A DNA stretch of 64,000 bases from Kiritimatiellia bacterium (lineage in GTDB: Bacteria; Verrucomicrobiota; Kiritimatiellia; JAAZAB01). Shown here piece by piece: positions 1 to 8,710 of this stretch. The position numbers and the translations under genes were made by a program. The notes below the pieces were generated by a model that was not told where the DNA came from, ran no database searches, and worked only from the letters and a program-made list of their open reading frames with translations. The stretch lies in assembly GCA_040767085.1 (NCBI GenBank), contig JAXGPF010000006.1, positions 128,001 through 192,000 on the forward strand. The letters are read 5' to 3'. Numbering within the stretch: the first letter of the stretch is position 1; every line of letters starts with the position of its first letter.

Positions 1-1282
1 CTTTGGTTATATTACAGTTCTTATTGAAGCAGTAAAACGGCAATGCGGAAATCATGGCCAATATTATCCATATTTCCATCTCGGTAAAATCCGCCATAGT
101 GCCCCCAACGACTAAATAATAGACGAGGCCTCCCATCAATCCGGCAATAAATATATAATTAGCTTTTTGCAATATATTCGTACGGCTAAAGCGACGCAAC
201 ATAGTTATCGCGGCAAAATAGATTCCGGCGAATATAGTAAAGCCGCAAAGCCCTAATTCAGCCAATATTTGCAGATAAACATTATGAACACACAAATATT
301 TCAAATTGCTGGCCATCCTGCCTTCTTCGCCGCCCATACCTATGCCGACACCGGTAACAGGATAATATTTAATAATTTCCACCGAGTTCTTCCACAGATC
401 AAATCGCTCAATAATAGCCGGATCAGATACTGGTTCACGCATGCTATACAAACGCCCTGTTATGACTCTCATATATCCTTGCGAATCCAGATAAATAATT
501 AATACCGCCATAACAATCAAGAACTTGGCTATTATTCCGGGTTTGAACCGCAGAATACTTTTCATTTTAAAAACAAACCATGCCACGCCGGCAATCAGTC
601 CGAGCCACACGCTGCGCGACAAGGTGGCCAATTCCACTATTAATAAAATCAATAATACATTATAAAACACCACTTTTCGCCGTGCTGGCCCATTGGACCA
701 TAAGCCGGTCGCCAGCCATAATATGATCGTCGTCCCGGTCCAAAGCGCCAGGGAATTTACGGTTCCTGAAAATGTTGCCTGGCTTACATCCATACTTCGC
801 CAAGACCGCAATACGTCCGATGTAAAGCCATCTATAGAGATTAGCGCAGCTAATTTCAATTCACCCCGAATAACAGCCATAACTAAATAGTAATATATGT
901 AGGCGAACGACATGATCATTCCGTTAATGACACATGTTGCCACGGTCCGATAATCAAGTAGCAACCAAAACAATATGATAAAGTACAATACTAAATTTCT
1001 TAAATACTTACTGGCGCGAACAACCCCATACTCATAATCCGGCGACCACAAAACAGACGTAAAACAATATAGCACAAACAATATCAATAATCCGTCCAAC
1101 ACACCCAGCCGCAATCTTATGATTCCGGCAAACATCTGACACAGAACTACTCCGGCTCCCAACAGGATGACAACATCGCCAGGGCGAATATTAGCGCCAT
1201 TTAATTCCACAACGGAGATATTCCGAATAGGGATCGTGAAAGCGATCAAAAAGGCGAGATATTTATGGATATTCTTGAACAC
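1..1282 (-). CDS. O-antigen ligase/polymerase (Wzy_C-like) membrane protein, runs off the window edge
   Basis: Not in the ORF track. Segments translated by hand in one frame from GTG 1282 (VFKNIHKYLAFLIAFTIP) are hydrophobic and carry LATLSRSVWLG and YPVTGVGIG...HNVYLQILAELGLCG motifs. Confidence 0.85.
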   Translation of the reverse strand, partial: MFKNIHKYLAFLIAFTIPIRNISVVELNGANIRPGDVVILLGAGVVLCQMFAGIIRLRLGVLDGLLILFVLYCFTSVLWSPDYEYGVVRASKYLRNLVLYFIILFWLLLDYRTVATCVINGMIMSFAYIYYYLVMAVIRGELKLAALISIDGFTSDVLRSWRSMDVSQATFSGTVNSLALWTGTTIILWLATGLWSNGPARRKVVFYNVLLILLIVELATLSRSVWLGLIAGVAWFVFKMKSILRFKPGIIAKFLIVMAVLIIYLDSQGYMRVITGRLYSMREPVSDPAIIERFDLWKNSVEIIKYYPVTGVGIGMGGEEGRMASNLKYLCVHNVYLQILAELGLCGFTIFAGIYFAAITMLRRFSRTNILQKANYIFIAGLMGGLVYYLVVGGTMADFTEMEIWIILAMISALPFYCFNKNCNITK

Positions 1283-1407
1283 TATTATAATTCAGATTAA
1301 ATAACACATACACTATAAACGCAATAATAAACTGACACGATGTCTGTAATACCAGTAGAATTCAACATGATAATTTCAATTATTTCCCGGTCGCGACCAT
1401 CATGCTG

Positions 1408-2520
1408 CTATGATAAAGCATCATTAAGATAATCAATACCTATTTTCCGAAATGCCGCTAGACCAGCGTCCACATGTTTCCAATCTATGCCACTGGAATG
1501 TATATATGTAATCAAATCACATTCATATTTATCAATTGCCCGCTGCGACAATCCCACCACATCAAGAAGCGATAAAATGCGGTTGTTCATCTTGGCTTCA
1601 TCCCGCCCACGCAATAATACTATAAACGGACGGTGAAATAACAAGCAGAATACTAAACCATGAAATGAATTGGTTATGACGTATTCTGCCTTCATTAATC
1701 TGGTTAACCATACTCCCGGATCAATCAAAGCGCCACCACAAAGGCCGCGAACAAGATTATATATATGCGGAGAATACAACCGGACGTAACTGGCGCCAAT
1801 TTTCGAATACTGGCGAATATGCTTCAAGACACTTGCCGCCAACACATCGTTAGTGGCCCCCAACAAATATAAAAATATATATGGTGTTTTTTGCCGTTTA
1901 TCCTCCGCCGCGATCAAACGATATTCCGGAGCGGTCAATAACAATGTCGGATCCGGCACAAACACGGCATCATTGCGACCTAGTTTTCTCACAAGGTCAA
2001 CGCCATCTTTTTCACGCACACTAACGTGATTAAGCTTGCGGGCGAATACCGACCATTTTTTACAAATATCATCAGCCAAATCTGAGAGTCCAAAACTTGC
2101 CGCATAAGATATTCGGCGCGCTTTTTCATCTCCAAACCCAAGCCATACAACAAAGTCATCATTTGGCCGAAGATATTTTGGGCCCCACACCTGATCGCTG
2201 CCGGCGATAAACGCATCCGCAACCGGCGGCGTATCGAGCAACTCGAATCTGGAATATTTACGAGTAATATCCGGCAAATACCGGCAACGATACTGATAAA
2301 ATTTGTACCTTAAGCAATTATCATATATTTTACTGACCACCCCCGGCGGTTGGCGAGAAATCCATGAACGGGGATGAAATATTGAAGAATTCCACATGAA
2401 CTCATAATTAATGAAAAATGGGGAATGCCCCATTTTGAGTAAATGCGTTTGCAGCGCATATGCCTGCAAGACCGCTCCATAGTTTCGCACGGCATGTAAT
2501 GTCACAATACCGATTTTCAA
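1408..2520 (-). CDS. Polysaccharide pyruvyl transferase family protein
   Basis: NYGAVLQAYAL, GSDQVW, ISYAASFG, VSVRE, DPTLLL, TNSFHG motifs. Confidence 0.9.
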   Translation of the reverse strand: MKIGIVTLHAVRNYGAVLQAYALQTHLLKMGHSPFFINYEFMWNSSIFHPRSWISRQPPGVVSKIYDNCLRYKFYQYRCRYLPDITRKYSRFELLDTPPVADAFIAGSDQVWGPKYLRPNDDFVVWLGFGDEKARRISYAASFGLSDLADDICKKWSVFARKLNHVSVREKDGVDLVRKLGRNDAVFVPDPTLLLTAPEYRLIAAEDKRQKTPYIFLYLLGATNDVLAASVLKHIRQYSKIGASYVRLYSPHIYNLVRGLCGGALIDPGVWLTRLMKAEYVITNSFHGLVFCLLFHRPFIVLLRGRDEAKMNNRILSLLDVVGLSQRAIDKYECDLITYIHSSGIDWKHVDAGLAAFRKIGIDYLNDALS

Positions 2521-2535
2521 GCCAATACTCCGTTG

Positions 2536-3756
2536 TTATCTTCTCCGCATAATTTTAACGACAAACCATAAACGGTGTTTCACTAACGCTATCGCCCGAC
2601 GGAGAAAAGACGGCGTATAAAGCCGGTATTTTCGGGCAACATCATCAAAAGTCATTTTTACCAACTCCCGATAGAAATCATCACGCCGACGAGGATGCGC
2701 CACAGGGCGGACCAAGGCAGGGTTGCCCGCCGCAGCTACCGCCAAATCCGCGGCGCCGACAAACAAGTCCTGTCCACATTCATCGAGCAATTTTTTCCCT
2801 TTTACGTTATTAACCAGCACAAGCGAAGTGCCCTTGTCGTCGCGATCATATTCCGGATATTTTTTTGATACTCCCCAAAAATCAGCAATTGTTATGTCCC
2901 CGCCTCGCGAGATGTTTGCGAATTGGCATTTGTAACATGATAACCGCAATGAGATGTCACTAAGAAATGCCGCCATATAAGCATCATCGAAAACATAATC
3001 TGCCACTATCTCGCCATTATCAAAATATTTACATACGCTGTATTTTTTCCATCCTGAAATCTTATTGCGAAAAGATACCGCCAACAGTTTCAGTCCTTTT
3101 TCGTTATAATGCTGAACATATTTTTCTAACAGCAGCGGTGATGGCACTCCATGACATACCATATCACAACACCAAAGCGTGTCATATTCTCGACGCAAAT
3201 AACCACGCAGCCCGGCCACTTGACATGGCGTCCCCGAAAAGAGGACATAGCGCCCATTTTTCAGCATGTTATGAATATCGCGATATAGATTTGGATCAAT
3301 TTCACTCTGGACATACTTGGAACCGCGCAGGCGATGAATATCAGCAGATTTATCAATGAGTATATGACGAACTACAAGATTAGCATCGAAAGCGGCGCCG
3401 ACAACGGCGCCGCCGCGTTTCAAAACATTTTCAGCTAATGCGGTAAACACTCCGCCGGAAGAACTATCCATACGAATTTGCTCATTCGTATTCCAAGCAG
3501 CATACACAAGGGGTGGTGATATAATCCCGCTTTGATTATTAGATAAAGTATTTGGCAATAATTTCTGATTAACGGGGCATATTTGGCGACAAATATTACA
3601 ATTATTACAAAGACCCAACTTGATTTGCGGATGCGCAAACCCCTCGAGATCCGACCGCATCTCGATGGCGTTTTGAATACAAACAGCAGCGCAGGCGGCG
3701 CAGCCTGTGCAACTTTCTAAATTTGTTCCTAGCGGATGTCTTGCCTTGTTTATCAT
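2536..3756 (-). CDS. Coenzyme F420 hydrogenase/dehydrogenase beta-subunit (FrhB/FdhB)-like protein with N-terminal 2x[4Fe-4S]
   Basis: CTGCAACAAVC and CNNCNICRQICP ferredoxin motifs; SSSGG, GSKYVQS, GTPCQV, CHGVPSP, DITIADFWG. Confidence 0.9.
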   Translation of the reverse strand: MINKARHPLGTNLESCTGCAACAAVCIQNAIEMRSDLEGFAHPQIKLGLCNNCNICRQICPVNQKLLPNTLSNNQSGIISPPLVYAAWNTNEQIRMDSSSGGVFTALAENVLKRGGAVVGAAFDANLVVRHILIDKSADIHRLRGSKYVQSEIDPNLYRDIHNMLKNGRYVLFSGTPCQVAGLRGYLRREYDTLWCCDMVCHGVPSPLLLEKYVQHYNEKGLKLLAVSFRNKISGWKKYSVCKYFDNGEIVADYVFDDAYMAAFLSDISLRLSCYKCQFANISRGGDITIADFWGVSKKYPEYDRDDKGTSLVLVNNVKGKKLLDECGQDLFVGAADLAVAAAGNPALVRPVAHPRRRDDFYRELVKMTFDDVARKYRLYTPSFLRRAIALVKHRLWFVVKIMRRR

Positions 3757-3798
3757 AATTATTTTAAAAAGAAGGATGTCAAGGCTATAACATGCTTG

Positions 3799-5331
3799 TC
3801 AACTATGTTTAAATATATTCAGTATACGCCGGCTTGCTTGGTAAGCATAAGCTCGTTCCCTGTGATCAAACGCAAAAATCAAGGAAGTTAAAATTGCGAA
3901 CAGCACTCCAGACAGACCAGTAATAATCAGGCGCACACAAGATGGCGACAACCAGAGACGTGGAATCAAGACGGCAATCGTTGACACAAAAGCGACTATT
4001 CCACAAGGCAAAAACACCTGCCTTAACCATTGCAGGACCGACACTCCCAAAAGCCGACGCATCCATAACACACGTCCCACGGAAACAGCGCCAACAGTAA
4101 AAATAAATGCGCACCCTACACTGGCCGGAGGAGCGTCAAACCACAAGCCAACCCAGGCCAGCGGCACAGTCAATATTAAACAAGTCCCCAATGTTGCCTG
4201 ATAACCGGCAATTTTTCCATAGGCGCTTACCGCAAGCATATTGCCAGCGGACAAACGATCAAAAACAACTGACACTAAAATCAACTGACACAAAACGGCT
4301 GAATAAACCGGCGGCTCATTGAGCCATATTTTCAGCACATAATCCATTTCCGCTATAAGCGGTATTGCAACCAACGTGATCAAAATCGCACCATATTTAT
4401 TCGCTAATTGCGCGAGGCAGATCATTCGCTTTCGATCACCGCGACCTTCCATTGAAGTCATTTCCGGCGCCAACGCGTTTAGCATAGCGTTTGACAATAA
4501 ATTTGCAGCCCGGGAAGCCTGGTAGGCTATATCGTAGGCGGCATTCACTTTCGGTCCAAAATGAACATTCAGTAAGACCGCAGACCCATGATCTCGTATG
4601 GTCCCACCCAATGCTCCAAATAGATTCCAGCCGGCAAATGAAAATACTTCCTTAATGCGCGTGAGATCATGCCAATAACTCAACTTAATACTGCAGTCTA
4701 CAAATACTATAAAAGCCCTCGCAATTTGAACGGTCTGAATAAATATTATAATCAATACCATTCCTGCGCTATAAATAATAAGTTTATCACCTTCAAAATA
4801 TCTTAAAAACAAAGCCAGGGAAAAAGACAAAAATGACTGAAATATAAACCATACCGCCAGTTCAACCATGTGCTGTCTTGCGACGAACATTGCAACAAAC
4901 GGCATGGAAATCATGCTAACAAAAACTGAAACCAACGAAAGATTGAAGACCCAAAGACATGCGCTGATTCTATCCGCCGGCACATTAAGCAGATGCTTTA
5001 TGAGATATTCACCCAGAAGATAGCCAATAATGGTTAATAAGGATGCCAAAACAATGTGAATGCCAATAGCCGTATTAAACCATTTATTAAGCTCATCTTT
5101 ATTACCGCGGCCAATAGCGTAGGCATAATGCCGGGCTGCACTGGTGCCCATAACCGTGTTCAGAATAGTAATAAAAATTATTATCGAACCAACTACGCTA
5201 AATAATCCAAAATCAATTTGCCCTAAAGCATTCAACACCCATCGGTTGCTAAATACCATTAAAACAACAGCAATTATAGAACGCCCATAAGTGGCCATTG
5301 TATTGATAATAACGCGTTTGGATGGTGTCAT
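3799..5331 (-). CDS. Polysaccharide flippase (Wzx/MATE-like)
   Basis: 510 aa, about 12-14 hydrophobic segments, N-terminal VIINT...R.VLNALG..DFG pattern, glycan locus context. Confidence 0.85.
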   Translation of the reverse strand: MTPSKRVIINTMATYGRSIIAVVLMVFSNRWVLNALGQIDFGLFSVVGSIIIFITILNTVMGTSAARHYAYAIGRGNKDELNKWFNTAIGIHIVLASLLTIIGYLLGEYLIKHLLNVPADRISACLWVFNLSLVSVFVSMISMPFVAMFVARQHMVELAVWFIFQSFLSFSLALFLRYFEGDKLIIYSAGMVLIIIFIQTVQIARAFIVFVDCSIKLSYWHDLTRIKEVFSFAGWNLFGALGGTIRDHGSAVLLNVHFGPKVNAAYDIAYQASRAANLLSNAMLNALAPEMTSMEGRGDRKRMICLAQLANKYGAILITLVAIPLIAEMDYVLKIWLNEPPVYSAVLCQLILVSVVFDRLSAGNMLAVSAYGKIAGYQATLGTCLILTVPLAWVGLWFDAPPASVGCAFIFTVGAVSVGRVLWMRRLLGVSVLQWLRQVFLPCGIVAFVSTIAVLIPRLWLSPSCVRLIITGLSGVLFAILTSLIFAFDHRERAYAYQASRRILNIFKHS

Positions 5332-5573
5332 TGCGCGTTGTTGGGATTTATGTTAATGACCTACCCCGAGACACAACAGACCGACAAGACTGCATTGGCA
5401 AAAATAACTTATGTTGTATAATTCGGGAAATGCCTGGGAGTATTGGCAAATTTTATGATTGTAGCCTAAATTCGCATTTATATGCCGCCACAATTTCTAT
5501 CTCTGAATCTAATCGTCCTCAAAAACTCCCCAATATGGATGTGATGTTAACGGACGAAAGATTTTCTATGGAG

Positions 5574-6668
5574 CTATTCCAGCCCCACCCGGCGGGACCA
5601 TTCGTAGATGAAGGCGGCAAAACAGGCAATGAAAAAGGCGGCCAAACCCGCCAGGGCTGTTTTTTTCAGCGCGCCTCGGCTGCTGCGGTACACTACCGGT
5701 TCGCCCAACGGCAATACTTCCTTGGAACTTAATTGCGTGTTGACGTAATCCAGGGCCTGCGCCGCAAGCTCGTCGGCCGCATCGAGTTCCGCGGGCGGCT
5801 TGGCGCCGCCGCCGTTGAAGGATTGCATCCGGCGGGAAATTTCGTCCACCACCCGGATGTAAAATTCGCGGGAACTGACCGCTCCGGCGGCCTTCTGTTC
5901 GGCTTCCGCCAGGCGGTTGCGCGCATCAAGATATTCCTCGTTCATTTCCTGGGACTTGAGCTGCAAATCCCGCATCCGGCCCAGCGCGTTGCTGTCGGAA
6001 GCCTTAACCAGGTCCTGCCACAGGACCGTGTCATCCACCGAGCGGGAAACGGTGATGAATTTCTGGTCTTCCAACTGTTCCGCGTTCTGCCGGGCGGCCT
6101 GAACGGCGGCCGTGTATTTCAACCAGTCCTCCTGCAGTTCCTTCAGGCGGCCGCGGACGTAAATCAAAGCTTTTTCCATGGCCTTGCGCTGGACCTCGCG
6201 CATGGTCTCATCGCGCCAGACGCGCGCGATGGCCAGGGCATCTTCCGACCGGGGCAGGATAATGGAGCCTTGAATGATGCTGGTTTTGGGCGGGCGGATG
6301 ACTTTCATGGACTGCCGCAAATCGGTAAAATCCAGGTTGATGCCCGCGCTCTCGCAAAACTTGTGCACCCGCATGCCGACCACGGAAGACCTGGCGGTTT
6401 CGTGGTGCGTCAGCACGCTGGTCTCGAAGAGGTCCTTGTCCACCCGGCCCTCGCGTGAATATTCCGGCACTACCTCAATCAGGGCGACCGCTTCGAAAGG
6501 GCGCGGTTTCAGGAACAGATACGCGGCAGCCGCGAGCGCCGCCAGCAGCGTAGCCGCCAGGATGCCGCGGCGATGCCGCCAGATCATACGGATCAGGTCG
6601 GCCAGGCTGATAAAATCATCTTCCGGCGTAATCGCGGGGGGCGGGGCATTCTGATTGTTTGCTTGCAT
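5574..6668 (-). CDS. Wzz-type chain-length determinant
   Basis: EDDFISLADLIRMIW start, two terminal TM helices around a coiled-coil region. Confidence 0.8.
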   Translation of the reverse strand: MQANNQNAPPPAITPEDDFISLADLIRMIWRHRRGILAATLLAALAAAAYLFLKPRPFEAVALIEVVPEYSREGRVDKDLFETSVLTHHETARSSVVGMRVHKFCESAGINLDFTDLRQSMKVIRPPKTSIIQGSIILPRSEDALAIARVWRDETMREVQRKAMEKALIYVRGRLKELQEDWLKYTAAVQAARQNAEQLEDQKFITVSRSVDDTVLWQDLVKASDSNALGRMRDLQLKSQEMNEEYLDARNRLAEAEQKAAGAVSSREFYIRVVDEISRRMQSFNGGGAKPPAELDAADELAAQALDYVNTQLSSKEVLPLGEPVVYRSSRGALKKTALAGLAAFFIACFAAFIYEWSRRVGLE

Positions 6669-6770
6669 GGGATCACCTGGTTACTGTGTTCAGTGTTCGG
6701 TTTTTCGGCGTAAAACTTTAATATCAAAAGGCGGGCACTAGCCCGCACTGTGTCATTTGCGGACTGTTTT

Positions 6771-7048
6771 TTATCCACAGATTACGCAGATTTACACAGA
6801 TTTTGCCTGAATTCGGAAAACGGAATATTTTCTCACAAAGTCACCAAGCCGCCAGGAAAGAATCAGCAGGAAAACATTATAGCTTTGGGAAACAGCGCAA
6901 AGCACAAACCGCTTTGCTCGTTGCGCTATTTCCAAAACCGTGTTCCGTTTCACGGAACTGCCGCATAGCGGTATGTTTTCCTTCAGAATCCGAACTTCCT
7001 TCCTCCTTCACGGCTTAGCGCCTTTATGTGACAACCTTTTCCGGTTCC
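6771..7048. repeat. Intergenic short tandem repeats plus nested imperfect inverted repeats
   Basis: CACAGATT/CGCAGATT/CACAGATT units at ~6776-6802; AGGAAAACAT (6868-6877) vs ATGTTTTCCT (6973-6982); GGAAACAGCGCAA (6888-6900) vs TTGCGCTATTTCC (6921-6933). Confidence 0.6.
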
Positions 7049-7130
7049 CCATTCGTGGCTGTCCGGAATTCATGGAAATATTATTGTGATCCGTTAAAAC
7101 CTTTAAAACATAAGTTTTTAAATCAGCTTT

Positions 7131-8135
7131 TCAGGCTTGATAATACTCCCGGTACCAATCCACGAACCGGCGCACGCCCTCCTCGATCGGCGTGGCGGGC
7201 ATGAAGCCGACATCGCGCGCCAGGTCGGACACATCCGCGCAGGTCAGCGGCACGTCGCAGGATGGCAGCGGCTTGTTGATTTTTTTGGCCTGGCGGCCCA
7301 GGCAATCCTCCAGGATGGCAATCAGCCGCGCCACTTTTACCGGCTGGTGGTTGCCGATGTTATACAGCCGGTAGGGCGCAGTGCTGCTGCCCGGGTCCGG
7401 CGCGGCGCCGGACCAGTTCGGGTCGGGTTTTGGAAGGCAGTCCAACGCGCGCAGCACGCCTTCAACAATGTCATCCACGTAGGTGAAATCGCGCGCGACT
7501 TCCCCCTGGTCGAACACCGTGATAGGTTTGCCCTCCAGGATGGCGCGGGTGAACATGAAGAGGGCCATGTCCGGCCGGCCCCAGGGACCGTAGACGGTGA
7601 AGAACCGCAGCCCGGTGACGGGCAGCCGGTAGAGATGGCTGTAGGCATGCGCCATCAGTTCGTTGGCCTTTTTGGTGGCGGCATACAGGCTGAGCGGGTG
7701 GTCCACGTTCTGGTGCACGGAAAAGGGAATCCCGGTGTTGGCGCCGTACACGGAACTGGATGAGGCGTATACCAGGTGGGCCGCCTGGACCTGCCGGCAG
7801 ATTTCCAGCACATTGGCGAAGCCCAGCAAATTGGCGTCAATGTAAGCCTGCGGATTTTCCAGCGAATAGCGCACGCCGGCCTGGGCGGCCAGATGCAGAA
7901 CTCTATCCGGCCGCGCGTCAACCAGTTCCCGCACCGCCGCGCGGTCGGCCAGGTCCAGCTTGCGGAAGGCAAAGCCCGGATGCCGCTGCAGGCGCTGCAG
8001 GCGCGCGTTCTTCAATTTCACGTCGTAATAAGGGTTTAAATTATCCACCCCCACCACCGCATCGCCGCGCGCCAGCAGTTGTTCGCATAAATGATAACCG
8101 ATGAATCCAGCGGCGCCGGTAACCAGCATCTTCAT
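7131..8135 (-). CDS. NAD-dependent epimerase, UDP-glucuronate 4-epimerase type
   Basis: [42 protein letters not shown]. Confidence 0.92.
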   Translation of the reverse strand: MKMLVTGAAGFIGYHLCEQLLARGDAVVGVDNLNPYYDVKLKNARLQRLQRHPGFAFRKLDLADRAAVRELVDARPDRVLHLAAQAGVRYSLENPQAYIDANLLGFANVLEICRQVQAAHLVYASSSSVYGANTGIPFSVHQNVDHPLSLYAATKKANELMAHAYSHLYRLPVTGLRFFTVYGPWGRPDMALFMFTRAILEGKPITVFDQGEVARDFTYVDDIVEGVLRALDCLPKPDPNWSGAAPDPGSSTAPYRLYNIGNHQPVKVARLIAILEDCLGRQAKKINKPLPSCDVPLTCADVSDLARDVGFMPATPIEEGVRRFVDWYREYYQA

Positions 8136-8305
8136 ATTGACAGACTCCGTCCTCTTGCATTACGCACCAAGGCGGTCAGGCCCTGGCCGCCTTGCCGGGT
8201 GTTCGCCGCCGTAAGACCCTGAGCGGAGTCGACGGGCAGGCAAACCATTTTATCGCGGCGTAGTCCTCGACAAAACATAGGAACTTAACATACCGGCCTG
8301 AATTT

Positions 8306-8710
8306 TTAAAGCGTGATTTTAGGCGCTGGCCCGGCGTCCGCCGGTTCCGCAGGAGCAGGCCGCGGTGTAAACCATTCGCAACTATCGGTCGCCTCCACTA
8401 TTTTATTGCGCCGGGCGCAACGCTGCACAAACGGGTTGACTACGTAATCCGCGCAATGGCGGCAAAGCCGGCCGGCTTCACCCGTCTTGAAAATTTTTAC
8501 CGGCGCCGGCGCGTCTGTTTTATCAAACACCCGGGGCTGGCGGACGGTTTTAAACGGCACTTCCGCTTTACCGGCAAAGACATGCCCGCATGACAGGCAG
8601 GACAATTTTTCACCCGCGCGCCGGAAACCGTCATAGATCGGCTCGCGTTTCAGCAGCGATTCCCGCCCGCAGGCTGAACATATGATTTCAGGATTTTGAC
8701 TGTTTTCCAT
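8306..8710 (-). CDS. Small Cys-rich (Zn-ribbon/Fe-S) hypothetical protein
   Basis: CSAC, CLSC, CRHC...C...C; abuts the upstream gene. Confidence 0.7.
   Translation of the reverse strand: MENSQNPEIICSACGRESLLKREPIYDGFRRAGEKLSCLSCGHVFAGKAEVPFKTVRQPRVFDKTDAPAPVKIFKTGEAGRLCRHCADYVVNPFVQRCARRNKIVEATDSCEWFTPRPAPAEPADAGPAPKITL

Noticed and set aside
6771-6779. Perfect DnaA box TTATCCACA
   Set aside because: Single copy overlapping a tandem repeat; no box cluster or oriC gene context
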